A DNA stretch of 32,000 nucleotides, from the NCBI RefSeq assembly GCF_000012905.2, contig NC_007493.2, positions 120,001-152,000 on the forward strand, in the 5' to 3' direction. Of this stretch, positions 1 through 8,366 are shown in pieces (positions within the stretch are counted from its first letter, which is position 1; each line of letters opens with the position of its first letter). A program made the translations under genes and the position numbers. This DNA comes from Cereibacter sphaeroides 2.4.1 (GTDB taxonomy: Bacteria; Pseudomonadota; Alphaproteobacteria; Rhodobacterales; Rhodobacteraceae). Below the pieces are notes generated by a model. The model was not told the origin of the DNA. It worked only from the letters and a program-made list of their open reading frames with translations, and did no database searches.

Positions 1-1163
1 AAGTCTATCCCAAGAACATCCTGATGATCGGCCCGACCGGCGTCGGGAAGACCGAGATCTCGCGCCGTCTGGCCCGGCTGGCCAAGGCGCCCTTCCTGAA
101 GGTCGAGGCCACGAAGTTCACCGAGGTGGGCTATGTCGGCCGCGACGTGGACAGCATCATCCGCGATCTGGTGGATGCGGCCATCGTCGAGACCCGCGCC
201 CGGATGCGCGAGGATGTGAAGGCCCGCGCGGCGAAGGCCGCCGAGGACCGCGTGATCGAAGCCGTCGCCGGGCGCGATGCGCGCGAGCAGACCCGCGAGA
301 TGTTCCGCGGCAAGCTGAAGCGCGGCGAGCTCGACAGCACGGTGATCGAGATCGACGTCGCCGATACGTCGAACCCGATGCAGATGCTCGACCCCACCGG
401 GCAGGGCCAGATGGGGATGATGAACCTCGGCGAGATCTTCGGGAAGGCCTTCGGCGGGCGCACCCAGCGCCGGAAGATGACCGTGGCCGAAAGCCACGAC
501 ATCCTGATGAACGAGGAGGCCGACAAGCTTCTGGACGACGAGGTGGTGAAGGCCACCGCGCTCGAGGCGGTGCAGCAGAACGGCATCGTCTTCATCGACG
601 AGATCGACAAGGTCTGCGCCCGGTCCGACATGCGCGGGGCGGACGTCAGCCGCGAGGGCGTGCAGCGCGACCTGCTGCCGCTGATCGAAGGCACGACCGT
701 CTCGACGAAATACGGGCCGGTCAAGACCGACCATATCCTCTTCATCGCCTCGGGCGCCTTCCATATCGCCAAGCCCTCGGATCTGCTCCCTGAGCTTCAG
801 GGCCGCCTGCCGATCCGGGTGGAACTGCGCGCGCTGACCGAAGAGGATTTCGTCCGCATCCTGTCCGAGACCGACAATGCGCTGACGCTGCAATACAAGG
901 CGCTGATGCAGACCGAGAAGGTGGGCATCACCTTCACCGAGGACGGGATCGCGGCGCTGGCCTCGATCGCGGCCGAGGTCAACCGGTCCGTCGAGAACAT
1001 CGGCGCGCGGCGGCTCTATACGGTGATGGAGCGGGTGTTCGAGGAACTGTCCTTCCATGCCCCCGACCGCTCGGGCGAGGAGGTGACGGTGGACGCGGCC
1101 TATGTCGAGAAGAACCTCGGCGAACTGGCGCGTTCCAGCGACCTCAGCCGCTACGTTCTGTGA
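1..1163 (+). CDS. hslU: ATP-dependent protease ATPase subunit HslU (5'-truncated by window edge)
   Basis: The frame is open from nt 3 ([24 protein letters not shown], Walker A). It is collinear with HslU through the C-terminal DLSRYVL and stops at 1161-1163. The ORF-track Met at 24 is an internal residue. Confidence 0.95.
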
Positions 1164-1166
1164 GGC

Positions 1167-1199
1167 GAGCGCCGGCAGGAGACCCTCCTGCCGGCGCTC
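1167..1199. terminator. Perfect 15-bp-stem GC hairpin between convergent hslU and the MBOAT gene (possible bidirectional terminator, no clear U-tract)
   Basis: GAGCGCCGGCAGGAG-ACC-CTCCTGCCGGCGCTC was read directly. It lies in the 50-nt gap between two stop codons. Confidence 0.5.
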
Positions 1200-1213
1200 C
1201 GCGGGCCTTCGGG

Positions 1214-2746
1214 TCAGAAGGCGAAATAGAGGAACTCGGCGGGCGGACTGCCGAAGATGCGCAGCAGGGTGATGCAGAGCACCGCCCCCACCATCAGCCC
1301 GTGCGTCGGCGAGGGCTTCCAGTAGAAGGCGGCGAAACGGGCCCGCTCGCGCGCGGGTGCCTTCGGCGCGGTGTGGGCCTTCAGCCCCACCCATTCCTGC
1401 GTGTTCGGCAGCGCCCAGATGATGAAGAGCCCGAACAGCACCACCACCGTATCGCCGAGATAGAGATAGCCGCCGTGCTCGCCCATCCCGGCGAGGCCAC
1501 GCACCACCGTCAGGGCGTCGGTGAGGGTGGGCGACTTGAAGAAGACGAAGCTCACCGTCACCGCAAGGAAGGTCACCAGCACCTTGACCGGCGACAGGAG
1601 CGACGAGAGCGGCGCAGGGATCCGGGCCCGTCCCGCTGAGGTCGCGCGCCAGCCGTGGTTCGCGACCAGCATGGCCCCGTGCAGCAGCCCGAAGACGATG
1701 AACTGCCAGCCCGCCCCGTGCCAGACCCCGGCAAGGCCCATGGTCACCAGCGTCGGGAAAGCGAGCATCACGAGGAAGGGCAGCACCTGCGGCTTGCGGG
1801 GATTCCAGACCGGCTGGCCGCGCTCCATCCGCCGGCGCATCACGGTCTTGGTGATCGGGTTGTAGAGATAGGCCGTCAGGAAGCGCGTGAGCGTGATGTG
1901 CCAGCGCGACCAGAATTCGATGATCGTCTGCGACTTGTAGGGCGAGTCGAAGTTGAAGGGCAGCAGGATCCCGAACATGAGCCCGAGGCCGATGGCCATG
2001 TCGGAATAGCCAGAGAAGTCGAAATAGAGCTGGAGCGCGAAGGCCACCGCGCCCCGCCAGGCGAAGGCGAGATAGGCGGCCTCGCCCCCCGCGGCCAGAT
2101 CCCAGAGCGGCTGGGCGAGTGGCGCCAGCGTGTCGGCCATGCCGATCTTCTTGAACAGTCCGAAGCAGAAGACGGTGAAGCCCAGCACCAGCTTGGCCTG
2201 ATCGATGCGGAAGGTCTCGTCCCGCTCGATCTGGGGCACGATCTCGCGGTAATGCACGATCGGCCCGGCGATCAGCTGCGGGAAGAAGGTGATGAACATC
2301 GCATAGCGGATCGGGTTCGGCCGCCCGATCCGGCCCTCGTGGCAATCCACCAGATAGGCGATCTGCTGGAAGGTATAGAACGAGATCGCGAGCGGCAGCA
2401 GGATGTGCGGCACCGGCACGTCCGCCGCGGTCAGGGCGTTCAGGATCTCGACCAGGAAGCCCGCATATTTGAAGAAGCCGATGGCCGCGAGATTGGCGGC
2501 CACCCCCGCAAGCAGGAGCCACCGGCGCGGCGTCTCGACCAGCATGATCCCGAGCAGGTAGTTCAGCCCCAGCGAGATCAGCAGCATCGGCAGGAACGCG
2601 ACGTTCCACCAGCCGTAGAAGAAGAGCGAAGCCGCAACCAGCCAGCCCACGGCCCAGAGCTTGTTCGGAAGCCTGCCCAGGAGATAATAGCCGAGAAGGC
2701 TCAACGGCAGGAAGGCGAACAGGAACTCCGGGCTGTGGAACAGCAT
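1214..2746 (-). CDS. MBOAT-family membrane O-acyltransferase (AlgI/DltB-like) with extra C-terminal helices ending in FLYFAF
   Basis: The N-terminus MLFHSPEFLFAFLPL is typical of AlgI/DltB. MBOAT motifs FWSRWHITLTRFLTAYLYNP and GVWHGAGW are present and the protein is polytopic and hydrophobic. Its ATG overlaps the upstream carrier-protein stop (TGATG). Confidence 0.9.
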   Translation of the reverse strand: MLFHSPEFLFAFLPLSLLGYYLLGRLPNKLWAVGWLVAASLFFYGWWNVAFLPMLLISLGLNYLLGIMLVETPRRWLLLAGVAANLAAIGFFKYAGFLVEILNALTAADVPVPHILLPLAISFYTFQQIAYLVDCHEGRIGRPNPIRYAMFITFFPQLIAGPIVHYREIVPQIERDETFRIDQAKLVLGFTVFCFGLFKKIGMADTLAPLAQPLWDLAAGGEAAYLAFAWRGAVAFALQLYFDFSGYSDMAIGLGLMFGILLPFNFDSPYKSQTIIEFWSRWHITLTRFLTAYLYNPITKTVMRRRMERGQPVWNPRKPQVLPFLVMLAFPTLVTMGLAGVWHGAGWQFIVFGLLHGAMLVANHGWRATSAGRARIPAPLSSLLSPVKVLVTFLAVTVSFVFFKSPTLTDALTVVRGLAGMGEHGGYLYLGDTVVVLFGLFIIWALPNTQEWVGLKAHTAPKAPARERARFAAFYWKPSPTHGLMVGAVLCITLLRIFGSPPAEFLYFAF

Positions 2747-2991
2747 CAGGCGGCCTTCTTGTCCCGGATCAGGGCCACGAAATCACCGACGTTCTTCAGA
2801 TCTTCGAGTTCGGACGACCTGAACGAGACGCCGAAGCGCATCTCGGAGGCGACGACGATGTTGATGTGGTTGAAGCTGTCCCACTCGGCCACGTCATGCG
2901 CGGAGAGGTCGGGGGTGGCCACCAGCTCGGGATCGTCGAACACCTGCCGGAGGATGGAGGTCAGGCCGTCGTAAATCTCGGGGTCGGTCAT
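2746..2991 (-). CDS. Small acyl/peptidyl carrier protein (DltC-like, phosphopantetheine attachment Ser in EWDSFNHI)
   Basis: 81 aa and acidic, with a DS(F/L) carrier-protein motif. GAGGAG lies upstream of the ATG. It is translationally coupled to the MBOAT. Confidence 0.85.
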   Translation of the reverse strand: MTDPEIYDGLTSILRQVFDDPELVATPDLSAHDVAEWDSFNHINIVVASEMRFGVSFRSSELEDLKNVGDFVALIRDKKAA

Positions 2992-3051
2992 GAAGGTCTC
3001 CTCGGGTTCGTCGTCGGTCGCCTGCGGCGGAGCGCGCCGCCGGAGGCAGGG

Positions 3052-4965
3052 TCAGTGGGTCACGCCGCGCTCGGTCAGCCGGATATGCGGCGGGGGCGGC
3101 GGCGGCACAGCCAGATCGAGCCGCCAGAGCGCCGCAAGGCCGTCGGCGCCCGCCGGCGCGAAGCCCAGCCGCGGGAAGAGATCGGCGACCATGCCGTTCT
3201 TGGGCGTCGGCCGGTAGCAGCCGACGACCGTCGAGGCGCCGGCCTGCCGGGCGGCGCGCGCGATGACGGCGGCCACCGCCTCCTCGACCCTTCGTCCCAG
3301 CACGCGGCAACTCATGAGCCAGGTGTCCACCTCGAACAGCTGGCCGCCCTCCCCATCGGGGCGCAGCCGGCCCAGCACCACGGAGACGATGCCGTTGTCG
3401 CCGAACCGATCCTTCAGCCGCACGCAGAAGGTGAGCATCCCCGGATCGCCGATCATCGCCCCCACCTCTGCCTCGGTGTAGCGCCGGGTGGTCAGGTTGA
3501 ACTGGTTCGTCTTGTTGATGAGCTGCGTCACCCGCACTAGATCGACGGGCTGCACCGGCCCCACCTGCATCTCCATGTCGAGCCCGGCGAGGAAGCTCTC
3601 CATGTCGGGAGCCACCACCTCGAGCTGGCGCCGCGCGGCATTGGCCGCATATTGCTCGGCCCGCAGCGCGTCGTCGGGCGTGTAGCCCACCGCCTCGAAG
3701 AGACCGGCGGCGGCAAGGCAGCGGATGTAGGTTTCGGGCTCCTCGGGCACTTCCGGCACGGCCACGGCCGGGAACTGTTCGCGCAGAAGCGCCCGCTCGG
3801 CCGGGTTGTCGTCGAAGAAGACCAGCGCCTCGAGCCCGAGGTTCAGCTCCTGTGCGATGCGCTGCAGGCCCTGGCCCTTGTCCTCCCAGTTGGCCACGAA
3901 GGCCGCGAAGTCCGACCGGCGCAGCACCATCTCGGGATGATCGAAGGCGGCGAGCGCGCGCTCGGGATCGTTCTTCGAGCTGACGGCAAGCAGGATGCCC
4001 CGCTCGCGCAGCGCCCGGCAATAGAGCTGGAAGGCCTTGAAGGCCTCGCCCCGCGCCGAGCCCTCGCCGATCACGATCCCCTCGATGCCGTCGTCGCCGA
4101 TCACCCCGCCCCAGAGCGTGTTGTCGAGATCGAGCACCAGCACCTTGCGGGTCAGGCCGCGCATGGCGGCGAGGATCCGCGCCACCTGATCGCCGAACCA
4201 CGGCCCCGCCGCAGGGCTCACATGCTGCTTGGCATGGAGCCACATGAGCCGGTCCTGCAGCGCGTCGAGCCCTTCGGCCTCGGCCGCGGCGACCGGATCG
4301 AGGATCAGCACCCGCTCCTCGCGGGCGGCGCGGATCAGCCGGTGCTGCATCTCGGCCACCATGGCCCGGCGCGCGGCGGGGATCAGCCGGTCGAGATGAC
4401 CGAAGACCGGATCGGTCGTCGGCACCGGAAGCTGCTGGATCACCGCGGCGCCTATCGCCCGAAGCGCGCGCCAGCGGTGGACGGTCTCGGACAGGCTCGC
4501 CTCGAGCGCCGCCTCCACCTCATCGGGCGGGGTGGCCAGCGGCAGTTGCGGCACGAGATCCGTCTCGCAGGAGCAGATCAGCACCGCATCGGGCCTGAAG
4601 GCCGCCAGTTCGGAGGCGGGATCGAGGATCGCCTGCCGCCACTGACCGTAGGGCGGCACATGAACCTCGAGCGCGAGGCCGCGGCGGAGCGCGCCCACGG
4701 TCAGACCCGGCACCAGATGCTCGACGGTGAAGGAGCCCAGAAGCGCGAGCCGCAGCCGCGGCACTTCGGGCGGGGCCTTGGCCGTGCGGAGAGCCCGTTC
4801 GATCCGGGTGGTCTGGAGGAAGTCGATGCGGTGCCCGGCCAGATGCCGCAGGGCGCGCCAGGCCTCGGGCGGATCGTCGGCAGCCCGTGTGCGGGCCCGG
4901 GCCAGATCGCCCTCGAAATCCGCCGCGACCGGCAGCCAGTGCAGTTCAAGCGGTTTGCTTTTCAT
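3052..4965 (-). CDS. FkbH-like / HAD superfamily subfamily IIIC protein with C-terminal GNAT-like region
   Basis: The signature LVLDLDNTLWGGVIGDDGIEGI (DxDxT HAD motif in the FkbH context) is present, and the 637-aa multi-domain length is typical of the family. A strong SD (GGAGGTGGAG) precedes the ATG at 4965. Confidence 0.85.
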   Translation of the reverse strand: MKSKPLELHWLPVAADFEGDLARARTRAADDPPEAWRALRHLAGHRIDFLQTTRIERALRTAKAPPEVPRLRLALLGSFTVEHLVPGLTVGALRRGLALEVHVPPYGQWRQAILDPASELAAFRPDAVLICSCETDLVPQLPLATPPDEVEAALEASLSETVHRWRALRAIGAAVIQQLPVPTTDPVFGHLDRLIPAARRAMVAEMQHRLIRAAREERVLILDPVAAAEAEGLDALQDRLMWLHAKQHVSPAAGPWFGDQVARILAAMRGLTRKVLVLDLDNTLWGGVIGDDGIEGIVIGEGSARGEAFKAFQLYCRALRERGILLAVSSKNDPERALAAFDHPEMVLRRSDFAAFVANWEDKGQGLQRIAQELNLGLEALVFFDDNPAERALLREQFPAVAVPEVPEEPETYIRCLAAAGLFEAVGYTPDDALRAEQYAANAARRQLEVVAPDMESFLAGLDMEMQVGPVQPVDLVRVTQLINKTNQFNLTTRRYTEAEVGAMIGDPGMLTFCVRLKDRFGDNGIVSVVLGRLRPDGEGGQLFEVDTWLMSCRVLGRRVEEAVAAVIARAARQAGASTVVGCYRPTPKNGMVADLFPRLGFAPAGADGLAALWRLDLAVPPPPPPHIRLTERGVTH

Positions 4966-5686
4966 CGCTCTCCACCTCCTCAGCCAGATGAATGTCCTGC
5001 ACCGTCCCGGCGGGGGGCGGTGCGTCGAGCGCGGCGACGAGCGCCTGCGCCACGCGTTCAGGGGACAGGAACCTGCCTCCGGCGTCGGCCCGGGCGCGCT
5101 CCAGCAGGCGCGGGTCGAAGGCGCCGAGCATCGGCGTCTCGACGAAGCCGGGGGCCACCACGCTCACCCGCAGCCCCGCGGGCCCCAGTTCGGCGGCGGC
5201 CGCCGCGAGCAGGGCGCGCAGCGCCGCCTTCTGCGCCACATAGGCGGCCATGTGGCGGGCCACGGGCGGCTCGGACGCGGCCGACAGGACGGCCAGCACA
5301 TGCCCGCCGCCCGCGCGCCGCCACCAGAGCCGCCAGGCCGTGGCGATCAGCGCGTGACAGCCGGCAAGCGCCGCCGCCTGAAGCGCCAGATCCTCGCCCT
5401 GACGCCCGAAGGGCGCCACGAAGGGCGCGGGCCAGGCGCAGAGCGCGAGTGACGCGGGCGGCTCGGGAAGTGCTGCCAGCGCGGTCTCGAGCGCTGCGGG
5501 ATCCTGAAGCGGCAGCGCCAGCGGCTCGGCCCGTCCGCCCGCCTGCGTGATCTCGGCGGCAAGGGCCCGGGCCCGTCCGGCCCCCGCGCCGTAGCCGACC
5601 CACACCGGGTGCTGCCGGGCCGCGATCCGGCAGAGTGCGCCACCGATGGCGCCGCTGCCGCCCGTCACGAGGAGCCCACCGGTCAC
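4946..5686 (-). CDS. Short-chain dehydrogenase/reductase (SDR)
   Basis: Rossmann motif VTGGSGAIGGA and catalytic YVAQK (YxxxK). It has a GTG start that overlaps the upstream stop (GTGA), and its 3' end overlaps the FkbH-like start by 20 nt. Confidence 0.85.
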   Translation of the reverse strand: MTGGLLVTGGSGAIGGALCRIAARQHPVWVGYGAGAGRARALAAEITQAGGRAEPLALPLQDPAALETALAALPEPPASLALCAWPAPFVAPFGRQGEDLALQAAALAGCHALIATAWRLWWRRAGGGHVLAVLSAASEPPVARHMAAYVAQKAALRALLAAAAAELGPAGLRVSVVAPGFVETPMLGAFDPRLLERARADAGGRFLSPERVAQALVAALDAPPPAGTVQDIHLAEEVESDEKQTA

Positions 5687-6087
5687 TCGGCCGCCTCGCG
5701 GGCAGACCGCGGTTCGGGCAGCAGGGTCATGGCCTCGCCCTCGGCGATGCGCCGGCCGCCGGCCGAGATCGTCAGGCGGATGAGCCGGATGCCGAGAGGC
5801 GGCGTCTCGTGCTTCACCTCGGCCTCGAGCTGCGCGCGTTCGCCCACGAGGAGCGGCCGGCGGAACTTCATCGTCAGCGATTGCCAGACGCAGCCATGCC
5901 CCGGCAGCGCCGTGCCGAGCAGCCGGGACACTTCGGCGATCAGCAGGCCGCCATAGACGATGGGGCCGTCGAATCCCCTTTCGCGGGCGAAGAAGGTGTC
6001 GAAGTGGATGGGATTGTCGTCCCCGCTGATGGAGCGAAAGGCCTCCATCCGATCGGTGGTCACGGTGAAATCGAACGCTATCGTCAA
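5683..6087 (-). CDS. MaoC-like (R)-hydratase/dehydratase hotdog-fold protein
   Basis: The conserved SGDDNPIHFD motif and hotdog-length core are present. I favour the in-frame TTG at 6087, which is preceded by GAGG at 6-nt spacing. The ORF-track start at 6246 adds about 50 basic, low-complexity residues across an AT-richer promoter-like stretch. Confidence 0.75.
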   Translation of the reverse strand: MTIAFDFTVTTDRMEAFRSISGDDNPIHFDTFFARERGFDGPIVYGGLLIAEVSRLLGTALPGHGCVWQSLTMKFRRPLLVGERAQLEAEVKHETPPLGIRLIRLTISAGGRRIAEGEAMTLLPEPRSAREAAE

Positions 6088-6364
6088 ATTGCGCCTCGAA
6101 TCGAATTCATGTCGCAGCGAAGCCGCCGCAAGTCGTTGATCAAAAAAACGGAGCTGCAAATGCGGGCGCAGCCGGGGGTAGAGCCTATAGGAAGCAGGAT
6201 ACCACGAGCTTTGTTCCCCAATCGAACTTTTTTTCCTCCGCCTCAAGAAAGCGCTCGCTCTGCGGCCAAGGGCGCGTATCTTTCCCGGAGTGACCCGGCG
6301 CCGATTTGTCGGTGGGCCTTTCCTCAGGCCGGGCGCGGTTTGTTGAGATTGAAGGCAGCTTGGG

Positions 6365-7279
6365 ATGAGAAGTTATATTCTGTCCGCCGCCGCAGGCATG
6401 GTCCTGATGGCAGGTGCACTAGCGGCGGCCTTCACGGCGGCTGCGGCGATCTGGCCCGACAAGATGCCGCCGCCCGCGATCTCGGGCAGCATCGCGACCG
6501 ATGAGAAGCTGAAATATCTGCGCGACCGCGGGCGGGAGCCGGTGGATGTCCTTGCTATCGGGTCCTCCATCACATGGAAGCATCTCGACGGCGCGCCGTT
6601 CGACGGCCGGGTGGGCAATTTCGTGAACGGCGGCACGGCCTATCTTCAGGTGCATGAGATCCGAACCTTCACCCGCTTCTATCTGGACCTCTATCCCCGG
6701 ATCTCGCAGGTGGTGATGCTGAGCGCGCTGCCCGACTACGGCACCTGCGCGGGAGAAGGGCGGATCATGGATCTCGAGGATGCAGCCTCCTACGTCCGCG
6801 GCCGTATGCCGGAAGCCTGGTTCTACATGCGCTATTTCGCCCCCCTCCGCTACGTCCTGCAGGCGCGGCGGCGGTCCGAGCGGCTGAAGCCCTACGATGC
6901 CTTCGGCTACTGGCTGGACCGGCACGGCACGACGCCCTCGATGCTGCCGACCGAGGTGGGCTACGACCTGCGCTACGACGAGATCGCGCTCGATCCCGCC
7001 TGCCTCGAGGCGCTCGACGGGCTGAACCGCGATCTCACGGCGCGGGGCGTGACCTTCACGCTGGTGATGACCCCGGTCGCGCCGCGCTATTCCGACCTCC
7101 ACCCGGCCACCACGCGGGCGACCGAGCGGATCGAGAGCTTCGCGCGCAGCCGGGGGATCCGGCTTATCGACTTCTTCGGCGATCCTTCCTTCGAGGACGC
7201 CGATTTCTGGGATGCCTTTCACATGCAGTGGCCGGCAGCCCGCCGACTGTCGCGCGAGGTGGCAGATACACTTCTCTGA
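6365..7279 (+). CDS. Membrane-anchored SGNH/DltD-like (AlgX/AlgJ-like) acyl-transferase/esterase candidate
   Basis: An N-terminal TM anchor (ILSAAAGMVLMAGALAAAFTAAAAIW) is followed by a block-I-like LAIGSSIT, an FVNGG element and a C-terminal DAFH (DxxH) motif. It is divergent from the MBOAT operon. Confidence 0.6.
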   Translation: MRSYILSAAAGMVLMAGALAAAFTAAAAIWPDKMPPPAISGSIATDEKLKYLRDRGREPVDVLAIGSSITWKHLDGAPFDGRVGNFVNGGTAYLQVHEIRTFTRFYLDLYPRISQVVMLSALPDYGTCAGEGRIMDLEDAASYVRGRMPEAWFYMRYFAPLRYVLQARRRSERLKPYDAFGYWLDRHGTTPSMLPTEVGYDLRYDEIALDPACLEALDGLNRDLTARGVTFTLVMTPVAPRYSDLHPATTRATERIESFARSRGIRLIDFFGDPSFEDADFWDAFHMQWPAARRLSREVADTLL

Positions 7280-7357
7280 CCCGTTTCAGCGGGCCGCCCG
7301 GACCGCCGCGACAGACCCCGGGTTTCATTCCGACCGAAGATTGACAGGAGCATTTGC

Positions 7358-8131
7358 ATGAAGGCCGTATTGCTTGCGGGTGGCTATGGAACGCGGTTGA
7401 GCGAGGAGACGGGCATCGTCCCGAAACCCCTCGTCGAGATCGGCGGTCGGCCGATCCTGTGGCACATCATGAAGATCTACGCCGCGCACGGGATCACCGA
7501 TTTCGTGATCTGCTGCGGCTACAAGGGTCACATGATCAAGGATTATTTCCTGAGCTACTTCCACCGCAACAGCGACATCACGATCGACGTCCGCTCGAAC
7601 CAGATCGAGCTGCACCGTCCCGTGTCCGAGCCGTGGCGCGTGACGATGGTCGATACCGGGCTCGAGACCATGACCGGCGGGCGGATCAAGCGCATCCGCG
7701 AGCATATCGGCGACGAAACCTTCTGCCTGACCTATGGCGACGGTGTCTCGGACATCGACATCGGCAGCCTCGTGGCCTTCCACAAGGAGCAGGGCGTGGC
7801 AGGCACCGTCACCGCCGTGCGACTGCCCGGCCGCTTCGGCGCGCTCGACCTGTCGGAAGGCACGCGGGTCAACCGGCTGCGCGAGAAGAGCATGATGGAC
7901 GGCCAGACCATCAACGGCGGCTTCTTCGTCCTCGAACCTTCGGTCTTCGACTATATCGACGGCGATGCCACGGTCTGGGAGGAAGAGCCGCTGCAGGGCC
8001 TCGTCCGCGACGGCCAGCTCGCGGTCTACCGCCACGAAGGCTTCTGGCAGAACATGGACACGCTGCGCGACAAGACGCTGCTGCAGGGTCTGTGGGAGAA
8101 GGGCAAGGCCCCCTGGAAGATCTGGGACTGA
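7358..8131 (+). CDS. rfbF: Glucose-1-phosphate cytidylyltransferase
   Basis: [41 protein letters not shown] and its 257-aa length are collinear with RfbF. Confidence 0.9.
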   Translation: MKAVLLAGGYGTRLSEETGIVPKPLVEIGGRPILWHIMKIYAAHGITDFVICCGYKGHMIKDYFLSYFHRNSDITIDVRSNQIELHRPVSEPWRVTMVDTGLETMTGGRIKRIREHIGDETFCLTYGDGVSDIDIGSLVAFHKEQGVAGTVTAVRLPGRFGALDLSEGTRVNRLREKSMMDGQTINGGFFVLEPSVFDYIDGDATVWEEEPLQGLVRDGQLAVYRHEGFWQNMDTLRDKTLLQGLWEKGKAPWKIWD

Positions 8132-8139
8132 CCGTCTCA

Positions 8140-8163
8140 CCCCGCCGGCCTTTCCCGGCGGGG
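8140..8163 (+). terminator. GC hairpin after rfbF (9-bp stem, no U-tract)
   Basis: CCCCGCCGG-CCTTTC-CCGGCGGGG starts 9 nt after the rfbF stop. Confidence 0.35.
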
Positions 8164-8366
8164 ACCGTTCCGGGGCCTCGTATCTGACCTCTTCCGGCGG
8201 CTACGGCGGCCCCCGCCCGGCTCTGGGCAGAGCATGAGCAGCAGCGGCCGGCGCGCCTCGGGTCGGCCTTTGGATCAGGTGAGCCCTCGGCATCCGCCTC
8301 CGGGCATCGGCGCATCCGTGGCCGGCACGCGAGCCCGCGCCCGGCCGCGGAGCCCGAGGCCCCGCT

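Noticed and set aside
1655-5550. Long plus-strand ORFs (1655-2974, 2866-3540, 3652-5550, 4727-5452) and minus-strand ORF 2894-4243, all overlapping the MBOAT/ACP/FkbH/SDR genes
   Set aside because: Their translations are Arg/Pro/Gly/Ala-rich low-complexity sequences without motifs. They lie antisense or out of frame to genes with clear family signatures, so they are typical high-GC shadow ORFs.
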